This document shows, piece after piece, positions 24,451 through 36,259 of a stretch of DNA of 64,000 nucleotides. The DNA is taken from positions 62,001 to 126,000 of the forward strand of contig QPGO01000156.1 of the NCBI GenBank assembly GCA_008632985.1. The letters run 5' to 3'. This stretch comes from Psammoneis japonica (lineage: Eukaryota). A model generated the notes under the pieces. The model made no database searches, was not told the DNA's origin, and saw only the letters and a list, made by a program, of their open reading frames with translations. The first letter of the stretch is position 1, and each line of letters begins with the position of its first letter. Both the position numbers and the translations under genes were made by a program.

Positions 24451-24728
24451 AGCTCTGTGCAGTTCAGGGTCGCTGTCACAACTCCACAAAACGGACACAA
24501 AACAGATTCATTTTAGTTGCCCAAAATGAGATCATGAGATGCGATTTGCTGGGGTCTTTTTAAAATAAAATGGCTCAATGGACTGCCGAAAACATGCACT
24601 GCATTGGCCTTTTACGCATTTGTGTGCTCCATCCACACAAAACTGCACACCACAACTCTTGTCAGCAATCCACAACCAAACCACCATGTGTTGTCACAAC
24701 CCAACAACGAGTTTTCAGCCACCATGCA

Positions 24729-25477
24729 ATGCCACAGAACGTTTTGTTGCTTAACATGGCTCCGTGCATTTCCGCACCAAACATCGAGTGTTTCCAAGGT
24801 GCACTGGATGCTTGTTGTTGTTGGAAACCAGACGAGGAACTGCATCCATTCTGGAAAGCCAAACTGATCAAGGGAGACTGCATGTGTTGCTGTCGGCATC
24901 AGAAAAAGTGGGAAAGAAATCTAGAAAGTCGTTGGTGTGTTTGGTCATGTTGGCACAGAGCGACATCAATTCCAAACGCAATGCTTGAAAAACTGCAAAA
25001 GATGACTGTGGCTGTGGTGTCTTGGCCATCCACATGCGACGCTCGGCAGAGGTCGCCATCCATTTTCACTTCTCGCACAATGCACCGCAGTGTTTTGCTG
25101 TCCAACAAAAATGTTGACGACTGGACTGCACTGCTTCTCTGGGTGCGATGTTCCATCACAGTCGTTCCCGTAATCTGAACTGAGTCTTCACGCCTTCTTC
25201 TCACAAGGCTGGGGATGGGTTTTGGCATCGGCAGAAACACATCGCTAAGGCCTTGACGTAATGGTGAGATGCATCGTCATCCGGCATTTGGCAACACACC
25301 GACACCACGGATGTGCGGTGGTTGTCGTAAGGCCGATGTGGCATTGCAGAAGCCTTTGGAGAAATGCACATGGTGCAGGCGTTATTCTGCTGTTCCAAAC
25401 AATGCCATCGTCAGGATTGGAAGAAGCACAAGGAGCACTGTGCTCTATCAAGAAAGAAGAAATGCAATGGTACCTGA
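24729..25477 (+). pseudogene. Host MYND-finger gene eroded by TpA loss
   Basis: C-terminal CGGC...KCTWCR..(frameshift)FCCSKQCHRQDWKKHKEHC; upstream ACCCWKP and DCMCCCRH runs; TpA-poor but CpG retained. Confidence 0.6.
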
Positions 25478-25644
25478 GTTTAGATCCGGTTGGCAACGGA
25501 AGGGCCGAGTGAGTTGTCCACCCGAGAGCGCTTGAGAAGCTTTTCAACTGCTGTTGCGAAGGCCACTACATCAGAAGGTAAATACGTCTGGGGACTAGAG
25601 TAGCAACATACATGTATTTAGCATCCTGATCTAGCTGTAGAGTA

Positions 25645-26216
25645 TCAATAATCACCGCCAAAGTCCCAAGAATCCCCATGAGCTCTTTCGACTAGCACTT
25701 TGGCCCCCTCCACTTCGTACTTGGGATAAATTACGTAAAAGGGATACTTGGCAGGCCACGTCTGATCGTAATCGGTCTTCCACCTTGGAGCATCGCTGCA
25801 GTTGACAAGCATTAAATCAACGCCCCGCTCGCCTTCTGGTGGGTCTCGCACGCGCCCCTCCCAGCCAAGGCATAAACCAATCTTGCCCCTCCACATGACC
25901 TTACCTTTGGGGGCCAGATATCCATACATGTCAATGTAGTCACTGGTGAACCTGAATTGTTGCCTCTTGTGGTGAGGGTGCGTAAGTGTACATTTTGCAA
26001 GAATAACTTTCGATCCCAGCGCCTTGTGTCTTCCTTGAATGCACAACTCATTGGGACCGAATTTACCCCAGGGGGTTCCTCGTTTTAGTTCGCGATCTCC
26101 ACCTCTTTCTTCGTCATTATCATTTCGTTGAATGCGAGTTTGGCGTGTGCCTCGTTGCTAACACACGAAAGAATTCCTCCAAGCAGCATAAACACTTTAA
26201 CGTGGTAAGTCTTCAT
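25645..26216 (-). CDS. Small secreted ricin-B/beta-trefoil-like protein (paralog of 27149-27688)
   Basis: Signal peptide, RELKR, LCIQ...C...QQFRF...LCLGW...C...W; frameshift near 26120. Confidence 0.6.
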
Positions 26217-27148
26217 TGTTGTGTACATGTAGGTACAACAGAGTAATGTTCAGCTCTTCTCTTTCAACAAGTCCGTTTTGACTTTTGAGAATTTGAGAGA
26301 AACAATAAATGTTTTGAGTCGTCGGGTTCGGGTTCCTTCTACGGCATGCACACGTACTTACCGTACAGTAGTGACAGATCACGAAACAAGATGTTCATGG
26401 CGCGCAGAGATACCCAACCAATTTTCTGAGCGTGTGAACCAACAATATATTCAGTCAAAAAGGAATTTAGAGCAGTTGATTTGCACGAAGACTAGACTGC
26501 ACTGTTTGCATGACTCAAATTGTGCTATCGTTGCTTTTCGTCGTGCCTACAAAAACAATGGATGCGTTCGTTGTCGAAGCGCGCTTGACTCACTGATCGC
26601 AAACTAACTTTTGCTGGAAAGAAACTAGTGGAACAAGCAGCACGTGTAGGTGTAAAGCAGAGTCAACAGTGTTTTTTAAGGAAAAAATGAAAAGAACATG
26701 TCGACTCAACAGGATGGAATCTGACAAAGCACAAATCCTTCGAGCATAGCATGTCACGCCAGACGTCCGCTGTTTTGGGAACAAAAGACGTGTGCGACCG
26801 CCCCATTTGCAGTCTTCCATCGTTGTGCCAGTGCATGGTCTCAGGTTAGAATCGAGATTTTGTGCGTCTTCTATAGAGATTGAGAGGAAACAAGAGCATT
26901 CGCCTTCTTTAGTTTTGACGAGTTGCCTAACTCGTTGGTCGATATTCCGGCATACACAAGCTTCTGTACCGTAGGAAAAATACTCAAAAATGCTTGTACT
27001 CAAGTAGAATGATTCTGTCAAACTTCTCGGTAAAACGAAGTGCAGGTGTGATTTTGAAATTAGTACTCGGATGTATCTGCGTTCAATTTTCGCTAAATCT
27101 GTTTTTGGAATCTCATCAACGCTCGAGTAGAAAGCATATCGGGACATG

Positions 27149-27688
27149 TTAACGGCCAAATTCCCATGAAATTCCGTATTTCACCACTTGCACCTTGGCG
27201 CCCTCCACTTCAAACTTGGGTTCCATCGAGTACTTGTAATTTCTGGCAGGCCACGTGTGATCATAATCCGACTTCCACCTTGGGGCATCGTCGCACGAAA
27301 CGAGCACTAAATCAACTCCCGGCTCGCCTTCAGGCGGTTCTCGCACGTCTCCTTCCCACCCAATGCATGTACCTTTCTTGCCCCTCCACATGATCTTACC
27401 TTTGGGGACCAGACCTCCATAATCATCAATATAATCATTTGTAAACCTGAATTGCTGTCTCCTATTGTTGGGTTCTGTATGTGTGCACTTGGAGAGATAG
27501 AACTTTGATCCAATCAGCTTGTGTTTCGGTTGAATGCACAAGTTATCAGGAGCAAATTTACCCCACGAACTTCTTTTCAGCTCTCGGAGTCCACCTTCGT
27601 CTTGATCAATTTCGGCGAACACGAGTGCTGCATGTGCCTTGTTGCGAGCCAAACAAAGTGTACTTGCAAGCAGCGCAAAGAGTTTCAT
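27149..27688 (-). CDS. Small secreted ricin-B/beta-trefoil-like protein
   Basis: MKLFALLASTLCLA signal peptide; LRELKR; collinear with the 25645 paralog (VREPPEGEPGVDL vs VRDPPEGERGVDL). Confidence 0.65.
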   Translation of the reverse strand: MKLFALLASTLCLARNKAHAALVFAEIDQDEGGLRELKRSSWGKFAPDNLCIQPKHKLIGSKFYLSKCTHTEPNNRRQQFRFTNDYIDDYGGLVPKGKIMWRGKKGTCIGWEGDVREPPEGEPGVDLVLVSCDDAPRWKSDYDHTWPARNYKYSMEPKFEVEGAKVQVVKYGISWEFGR

Positions 27689-28351
27689 TTTGGAGATACA
27701 CACAGTTGTAAGGACAAAACAGCGAGGAGAGCAACGCATAACTGCTCTCTTTTATTGTAATTGCGTTTTATGCAAAACACACGAAACGAGCGAGCCGGAT
27801 GTCAACAAAAATTGCCGTCACGCCCGCCCTGACACTTGGTCAAATTTCAAACTGTGGGTTTCCCCTCGCTCTGGTGTCACAGCGGAGCTCGTGTCATCGC
27901 CCGCGTTGTTTGGCAAGGCATTGTTTGGGCAGACCACCCATGCCGCGGCCCAATGTCGATTGGTTTTTTTGACTGGACATTGCTGTAGACTTGCTCGCAT
28001 CATTGGAAACGGTTGTTGACGACTCGACTGCCTTTGTGCTTCGTCCGTCGGTGCAGTGTGCGGTACCGGTAGGTGTGCTCTCTTTTATGACTTTGAGGCG
28101 GAGTAGCCAATCGTGTTGCCGATACTCACGATCACTTCCGCTTCCACATTAAGTACGACTGTGAAAAGGTGGCGTTTTCCGTTGTGTGCGCTGCCCAACG
28201 GACGAAAAAATGAGACGTGTTTGGTCGTGACATCATCAATTTTGCGCGCGCGGGATCCCAAATCCAATCGACTTTGTCGACGTCACAAAATTGCGAAAAT
28301 CCTCCAAAGCAATCGCGAACAGAGAGAGGCGACATCATTTTATCGGCAAGT

Positions 28352-29687
28352 ATGGTGTCTTTTAGCAACCATGGCGCTCGAGTGCGTTTCTGCCTGGCTA
28401 TAGCCTTGGCGTCGACAATAGTAAACGCGTCAGGATTCTCGGTGAAGAATAATACAAAGGTGCAATCAATCGGCCACCTGTTCGTCCCACACAATCCTCT
28501 CACGTTGTCTACAAGGTGCAGGAACCTTCCAATGACTACGTCAAGTCGAAAACCATAAGAAGCAACGTGATAACCGATCAAGATTCCATAGAAGATTTAG
28601 CTCCGATCTTACGGTTGTTTTGAAACAACTGAGAAAGGAAAAATTGGACCCGGCTCTTCCTCGTATTCACCGCGTGACTCCATTGCCAAGCATTTCTGTA
28701 ATGTGGACAGCGCAAGATTGGGAACGCCACGTTAGTCGGTTACGGTATTGGGATTGGATACGGACAATTCCAAAGTCAAATTTGGTATACCGGGTCCTTC
28801 CACAGCTGTCTGTGGTTATTGGTTGGAGTTGTCTTGCTGTGTGGTTGTGCGGAAAAGAATGGAGTATTATTCAAAAATGGCTTTGCCCTGACGCCGCTGT
28901 CTCTGGTTTCCACTTTTGTTGCTGCTCTCTTGACTCTGCGCTCGAATCAAGGACTAGCCCGTCTCAACGAAGGACGGCATTCTCTGGGCAAAGTCGTATT
29001 GTACACACGTGATATGGCTCAGCTCATTTCAGCATTCATCTTCCCCAAGGAACCAACGCTGGGGTTGAAACTTGGTCGGCATGTAGCCTTATTTTCATGG
29101 CTCTTGAGAAATTTCTTGTCGTATTCGCCAAATGGAGATGTCGAAGATATCGTCAGAACCATGACGTCCAAGGCTGACGCTGATTACATTTTAAATCAAC
29201 GGAAACTACCCGTGGCGGTGGTGACAAGACTTCGACAAGTGATTCATCATTTAGGCGAGCAAGGGAAATTGGGAACAGCAGAAGAGCTGGCTCTTGATCA
29301 CACAGCACAAGAACTGAATCATTGCATCATGGCAACGGAACGCATAGTCAATTCTCCATCCCTCCCTTGTACACCAGTCACACGGGGCGATTGCTCATGT
29401 TTTATCTCTTCTTTCTGCCGCTGGCACTTCGAAGTGCGTTGAATGGGTATGCGACAGTGCTGGCGACAGGAGCGGTTGCATTCGCCATGTTGGGTTTGGA
29501 TGAGATATCTCACTTGATGGAACAGCCCTTCCGATTGTTGCCACTCTATCAGCTGTCGAAGCTGAGCATGAGAGACGTTGGGGATGCATTTTGTTGTCAA
29601 CCACCGTCTTTGGACGACGACCACGGAAGCAGCATTGTGTACAGGCAACTTCCTTACTGGAGTAACAACCCCGGCAAGAGCAGGTGA
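28352..29687 (+). CDS. Bestrophin-like (UPF0187) anion channel, probably plastid-targeted
   Basis: LLTLRSNQGLARLNEGR, ERIVNSxIPPLYTSHTGR, GLDEISHLMEQPF; signal peptide ending ASG-F; several frameshifts. Confidence 0.8.
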
Positions 29688-29752
29688 AGTAGCAAGCAAC
29701 TAGAATTTTGTAAACTAAAATATAGAGAACAATTATAGAGAATTATCATGCA

Positions 29753-30584
29753 TCAACCATAGCATCGAATTTCTTCCGTTGCTCCCTTTTCAGCATTCTG
29801 CGGCTGTCCAAATCGTCCGCCCTTTTCTAAATATTGTTGATGGTACTTTTCTGCTGGCCAAAACGGCATGGCTGCCTTGAGCTCGGACGCCATGGGACGA
29901 TCGTATTTCTCTTGTTCTTTTGCAAATCGCTCAGTGGCCAGCTTCTCCTGTTCAGGTGTGTGATAGTAAACTCCAGTTCTGTACTGCTTTCCAAAGTCCA
30001 TACCCTGCCCATTCCTGGTCATGGGATCAACTCGATTAAAGTAGGTGTCCAACAAATCTTCATAAGAACATTCCTTTGGATCATAGTAAACCATGACGGC
30101 CTCTGTATGACCCGTGGCACCCGCACAGACTGTATCATAGGTTGGAGACTCCTCAGGACCTTGACTATAGCCCGTGGCGGTGTACACAACTCCGGGAACT
30201 CGCTGGTATGCAAGCTCGAGACCCCAAAAGCAGCCTCCAGCAAACGTGGCTGCGGCAAGATTGGGATCCTTTTCACTATGGACAACCACCTTGCCTTGGG
30301 AAGCGGCTTTTGCCAACTCGGGACCCGGGTGATCAAGAGTCTCGTAATCAATCTTGGAGGCAAAGGCACCTCCTCCAAAGAACTTTACAAAAAACATGCG
30401 AGGCCGCCCCGGGTAGCTTGATTGCGCGAAACAGAGGAGGAGGCAAAACAGAGTTTACAGATCGAGTCCATGCATTCGATGCGCCGAGGGACGCAAATGT
30501 GCGACTCGAGCGATTCACCGTAAAGGCAGCGACCGTCGACGCCGTTGCTGCCAAGGCCGCAGTTGCAGCACGAGAGACATGCAT
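29753..30584 (-). CDS. msrA: Peptide methionine sulfoxide reductase A, probably plastid-targeted
   Basis: FAGGCFWG, TGHTEAV, QYRTGVY, AEKYHQQYLEK; N-terminal VAA-F presequence in another frame (frameshift ~30390). Confidence 0.92.
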
Positions 30585-30812
30585 TGCTCAAAAAGAAGAA
30601 GTGATTGTGCCTCGAATGGTAGTGCTTTTCGAACGGAGAAGAACGCAAAAAATGTGACTGACGAAGCTTGGGTGAAGTGCGAAGGTCGAAGATACCATAG
30701 GTCGGACGGAAATTTTCAATTTGCCGTTGGCGGCAGTTATTTTAGTCGATGTATTCAAACGTACGGCGGACTTGCGCGCGGCTGATGTCCCGACTGTCAG
30801 AAAACTTCGACC

Positions 30813-31960
30813 ATGGCGGACAGTGCTGCTGCTACGACGCAAAACGCCAATGAAGTAGCGCCTGTGGACGTTGCTAATGTTGAAAAAACGTATCAGTAGA
30901 GGTGGAGCAGGTGGCGCCACACGAGCCACCGCAGCCTCAGCCACAAGGGCCCCTAGTAGTTCGTAAGCGAGGGAGACCGGTTGGGAAACGTGATTCTCGG
31001 CCTCGCAAGAAACGTGATGGACCTGCTGCTGCAGTTGCGCAAGTCAGTTCAGACGCTGTTGTCGCGGCAGCGCAGACGGATATGGAAAAAGCCCTCAATG
31101 AGCGCAAAGAAGCAGAGAAACGAGTCGAGAAAGCGCAAGCCTCGTTGAAACGAGCACAGAAAAAGCTAGAGGACGCCAATTCTGCTGTCAAGGACGCCGA
31201 TGCAAAAATTTCACAAGCCACAGAGCAGATGGCTGATGCCATGCTCCGTGCACCAACCAATTGGAACAAAAAGTATAAAAGTCTTTTGAAATTCAAGCAA
31301 GAAAATGGTCACGTGATTGTCAAGTCCAAGGAGCCAAACGCAAATATGTCTCCGCAGGAACACGAGCTCAGAAAGCTTGCAAACTGGTGTATCAAGCAGC
31401 GGACGCACAAACGTCAAGGCAAGTTGGAGGATTATCAGCTTATGCTAATGGACAGATTGGGCTTCGATTGGAACCCTGGGCATGGAAATCATGGTGAAGA
31501 AAAGTGGCAGGTTAGATTTGAGGAGCTACAAGAGTACAAGGCTGTTCACGGGGACTGCAATGTTCCACGCTCCTATGAACCCAACCAAAAGTTGGCAAGT
31601 TGGGTCAAGACACAAACGGCGCAATACCGAAATGGCTTGAATGGGAAGAAACCGGCCTTGTCAGAAGAACGGATCCAGCTTTTGCAGGGCTTGGGTTTTG
31701 AATGGGGAGAGCCCGCCAAATATACGCCGTGGGAAGTTCGCTTTGCTGAATTGCAAAAATATAAGGAGGAGTATGGACACGTCAATGTGCCCTGGAGGTG
31801 GATCGGGAATCGTCCCCTCGCCAGTTGGGTGAATGGTCAACGAAACAAGTATAGGGATTTGTTCAACGGCAAGCCATCAAATCTGACGAAAGAACAAATT
31901 GAGAAGCTCGAAAGTATCGGCTTCCGTTGGAGTACAGATGGTAAAGGACGGTATATGTAG
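30813..31960 (+). CDS. AT-hook, coiled-coil and three helicase-associated (HA) domain protein
   Basis: RKRGRP; three repeats of W..RF.EL..YK..HG.CNVP...LASWV..QR...L..LGF.W; start probably the ATG at 30813, with a frameshift ~30890. Confidence 0.85.
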
Positions 31961-32433
31961 ATCAGCTCACTTCTTAGGTGTTTTGCTCTATTATTAACAT
32001 TTCTGTGTAATGTAAGGTTCTAATTCTCTTTTAGAAGGTCCACGCTGACACTTTGGTTCTCTCGAATCTACTGTACGGTAAACCGCAACCCCGGTTCTTT
32101 TGTAACAGCTCAACACTCATCATCGATCTGCTACACGACAAACTCAAAAGTCTACTGTACAATCATGTGAGGAATGCAGCACATCCGGGCACAACGCATT
32201 GTCTTCAGTCTCTTCGGGAGGTTCAGTCGAAACAGAATGCGCTTGGCGCTGAGCGCGCTCCCGCACAGCAGCATCGCGCATCGCAGCATCGGCGAGTACT
32301 GTAGTCGATGATGATCGCACAAAATCAGCTGCCGCTCACCTTGATCGTCGCAACACTGTAACATCCCTGTAAGTAATTCCTAATCCCTTTTGTAGTCCCA
32401 GAGCATTCAGCCAGAAAAAGAGTAAGCGTGTCA

Positions 32434-32726
32434 ATGGGTTGCGGTGGCAGCAAGAGTTCATCCGCGGCGGCTCACCGGGCAGAGCCGACGATTATGCGAA
32501 ACGAAAAAAGACGGGATTTAAAGATCCGGGGCTCGAAAAGCATCGTCAGGACTGTGTGAATCAGAAGAAGAAACTTCGTCATGTACAAGACCCAGACAAG
32601 GCACGCAAGGCCAAGCAGGCCAACATCAAGGCAAACCAGAAGAAAGATACAAAAGCTGCTGGGCCTCTGGGCTTGACAGAAAACGAACTGCAGAAAAAGA
32701 GAAAGAATCTGAAGCACCGCGGATAG
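32434..32726 (+). CDS. Small basic protein with N-acylation motif and WH2-like repeats
   Basis: MGCGGSKSS start; after a 1-bp shift, QKKKLRHV and ELQKKRKNLKH. Confidence 0.5.
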
Positions 32727-33222
32727 ATTTGGTTGTGTCACCTTCTGTATCATGTTGTCGGTTTGTAGACGCTTTCTTGTTGAGAATATGAGAAGACCAA
32801 GTTGGGAAGTTATTCAGCGAGGGGAGAAGTTCCTAGCGTGTAGATAGGAAGTAGCTGCATGAGCTCTATGGATGAATATAGACTGAGCACTCTTCTATAA
32901 CATTGAAGACTCTCTACAAGATGTAGCAACAGCATAACTTTCGCACTTTATAAGATCAAAAGACATATGCTACGGGACCCGCCATTGTCCAAGCCAACTT
33001 CAAGCAAACTATCAAAAGCTGGAAGCATAACGGCGGCTCAGCGCACAAAGATCCAAGATCGAGAAAAGATCTTTTTGTGCGTTTGTCTGTGTATCTTTCG
33101 AAACTGAGTCAGCGGCGTGATGTTGGATGGTGCTTATGATGCAACGAAGTCGAAGATGTTAGATGCTATCAACACCAGGAAGTTTCTGTTGTTGTTGTTG
33201 CTGTTAGCTCTACGTTGAAGAC

Positions 33223-33726
33223 ATGATTGAGATTGTAGAGGGTGTTAAATTCCACACGATTGCCCGCGAGTGGCGTTGCAAGTGGTCCGAGGACAACGAT
33301 AAGGCTTCTCTCGTCGAGCTCCAGAAAGCGCTCGACGGCGTGCTTGAGGAAATCAAGAAACTTGACAGCGACGTCAAGGTTAGCCGCGTCGTTTGCGGCG
33401 GGTGCCTTGATTTTAAGGTGAGCACAATTTGCAAATGCGCACGCGGATGACCACGTGAATCAGTTTTGTGCTTTCCTGGTTGACTTTTGATTCGACTGGA
33501 TTTTGATTTTGTCCGCGTTGATTTTCAGTTGCAGTGAATGAATTCTCACTCAAATCTGCTGCTTTTCTTTGATTATCAGGTCATCACATCCCTACCTGCT
33601 GGATCGAAGTTTGATGGGTGGGCTGAGAATAACTTTGCTCCAGAGGCCACCTTTCTCGAGAAGATCAAGGCTATTGACGGCGTAACAGAAGTAGAGACGC
33701 AGACCTACACTCTCATGCCCATGTAA
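33223..33726 (+). CDS. Small hypothetical protein (AREWRCKW / VCGGCLDFK)
   Basis: Two exons joined in frame by GT-AG intron 33418-33579. Confidence 0.75.
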
Positions 33727-33960
33727 GAGTTTCTTGAGGCTGGAGACTATTCTCTCTACTTAGAGATCATTAACGAACACATACAGTCTTGGTGTACCGA
33801 TAGTTATGTGCGCGGCGTCGCTTTCCAACCGCATGGAAACCTGCATCACTTGGGCCTTTTCAAATGGCTGACAGCGATCTGCGGAGCACTGCCGACAACG
33901 CAACCCAGGTCGGTCTACGGTACATTATGATCGGAATGACAGTAAGAGAGTTCTGCCCAA

Positions 33961-36259
33961 TCACAGCACGGCGCATGTTGGCACTTTCTCCTCTCCCAAC
34001 GCATGCATCATCTTCCAAATTCCTTGGTGGGATTGTGTGACACTCTTCTTCCAGTGCTTGGACTTGGCTTTGGCTCTTGCAACTTTCAAGTTTCTGTCAC
34101 GTACATCGTCGAGCAACTCCTCGCTTAGTATACCTTTTCCCTTGTACGCCCGTCTGAAGTCACGAAGCAGAATTATCGCACAGCGACTTGCGGCATCACC
34201 AACACCGTTGGAGAACCCTGGCGCACTATTTCTAAGTTCTTCGATTGATGACATGGCTTGGGAAAGTCTTCTGACTGACTTCGTCAAAAGCAATTTCGGA
34301 TAATCAATGAGTCGCGCTGCGTATTTTACTCTAAGCTTGGCCTCGTCGTATGTTGCTTGAGCGTCTCCAAATTCCCTCCTGCGATCGAAATGGTGGGGAA
34401 TCAACCTGGCGACACAACTATGATAATCGCAAGCAATATACTTCACCTGTTGGGGAAATCTAGGCGATTGTGGAGTTTGGACAGAGACAGTCGTGCATGC
34501 TTGTGCAGCTTTGGAATCATCGCGATTCACCGTAAGGCAAACATTGACCACCGCAGCCGCTCCTTGACAAGTGAGCATAGGATGAAGGATTGCTTCATTT
34601 GAGAATGAACAATCTCCGCTGTCAACCTTCCAGTGGTAGCTACCGGGCAGAGAAGAGTACGCCTTACTCAGATGAAGAGGCCGACCTATTCTAACGCTGT
34701 AAGGGCCACCAGTTCCAACGACCAGTACTTCAACATCGCTTTCCATGACCACAGTCGTACAATCTTGAAGGACATGATTGTCGGCAAAGCTCGCCTTGAG
34801 GCATATCACGACAAGTCCAGGGTCAACATCCATACAAGAGAGGACTGGATGAAGAAGTTTGTCATCGTCAAAAATACAGCTTCTATTCTCGGCTGTCCAG
34901 AGATAGCTCGCTCCTCTAAGGGCCTTCGAACCATCAAGCAGGATAGATTCGCCTATCTTCCCACTATAGGGCCCACCAGTATCAGCCTCTTGACGACAAA
35001 CAAGATCCGGATACTGATTCTTTTTGAATTCCCAAATGCCACTATCCCATCCTGCCATTGGCTCGTTATCCGCGTTGCTAAAGTACTTTGGACCCCAAAC
35101 GACCTTTATAGATTCGTTTTTCAATGGACGCCGGCTACCAAGTGGTGGGTGCTCCGTACAGTAGTTGTTCTGGAGTAGTGGAGAAGCCTGAAACTGTTGC
35201 CCAGGATAACCAACTTCGCCAACGAGCCCACCATCATTTCTAACCACGCGTTCGTCGCCCACGCCCGCAGTGAAGCAGTTCTTGATCGCGGCGCTCCCAA
35301 TATCCTGATTTGGCTGGGTTATATAAGCTGTTGCTCGACCCACAAGACCACCCACCTCTGAAAAGGAAGCACTCGTATTGCCGACAGCGTAGCTGTTTAG
35401 AATCTCGGTATCCTCTGCAAATCCGGCAAGGCCTCCAATCTTCCACACACCGTGGACAGTAGCGTTTGTGTAGCAATTCTCAATGATTCCATCATTCATG
35501 CTGCCTACCAAACCTCCGCCGTCAGTGATTTCTCGATCCTTGCCGAAAACGTGTGTTCCAACCACACTGCATTCGCTCAAGCGAGTTCCGTCTCCTGATC
35601 CTCCACGAGACCACCGATGCCTCTGCCACTACTGTAAGTATCAAGACTCCGGACCGCGCCCCGAATGACATGACAGCAACTCACAGTTCCGCCTCCTGCG
35701 AACCCAACCAAGCCACCGGCGTGGTATGTAGCAGTCGTCACTGCAGGTCTTTTGATCCACACGTTATTTACCGTTGCATCCCCAACAATTACTCCGACAA
35801 GGACACCAGCTCCTCGTCTGGCAACGGCTCTGGGATTCTCAAACACAATGTTACGTATTTCGGCCTTGCCACTGACGTGTCCGAAAAGACCTTGGTAGTC
35901 CAAGTCATTGCGACCCACATTCAGATTATAAATCGAATGCCCGTTGCCTTCCAAAACCCCCGTAAAGGGATATCCCTCGATTTCTTCTGTGTAATGTTGT
36001 CGTACCCGCCAATGGGGACAAAGTTTTCACCCGGTGCAGCATATATATCCTTCATTATCATGTAGCTCTTGTTCAGTCCCGTTCGCTCGATGTTCTTGAG
36101 ATCTTGAAATGTATATATCATGCATGGCGGGTTGCCATCCACTCCACAGTTCTCCTCGAATCCTACAACTACTGTGAGCATTCTTATCAAGATGCTCCAT
36201 GCCGCCAGCCCACCGTGTATTCCTAGTCTCCGAACTTGCAGACGTGTGCTAGAAGCCAT
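33961..36259 (-). CDS. Secreted GLUG-repeat protein with PKD/Ig-like repeats
   Basis: Repeated GGLVG motifs; FVPIG...F.G..EGNGHSIYNL...GLFG; two GGPYS...LDGS/LS...YxW repeats; split by frameshifts ~35580 and ~35950. Confidence 0.75.

Noticed and set aside
1..24500. Hundreds of short overlapping ORFs in the TE blocks
   Set aside because: By-product of TAA/TAG loss; no coherent domains beyond the TE remnants listed
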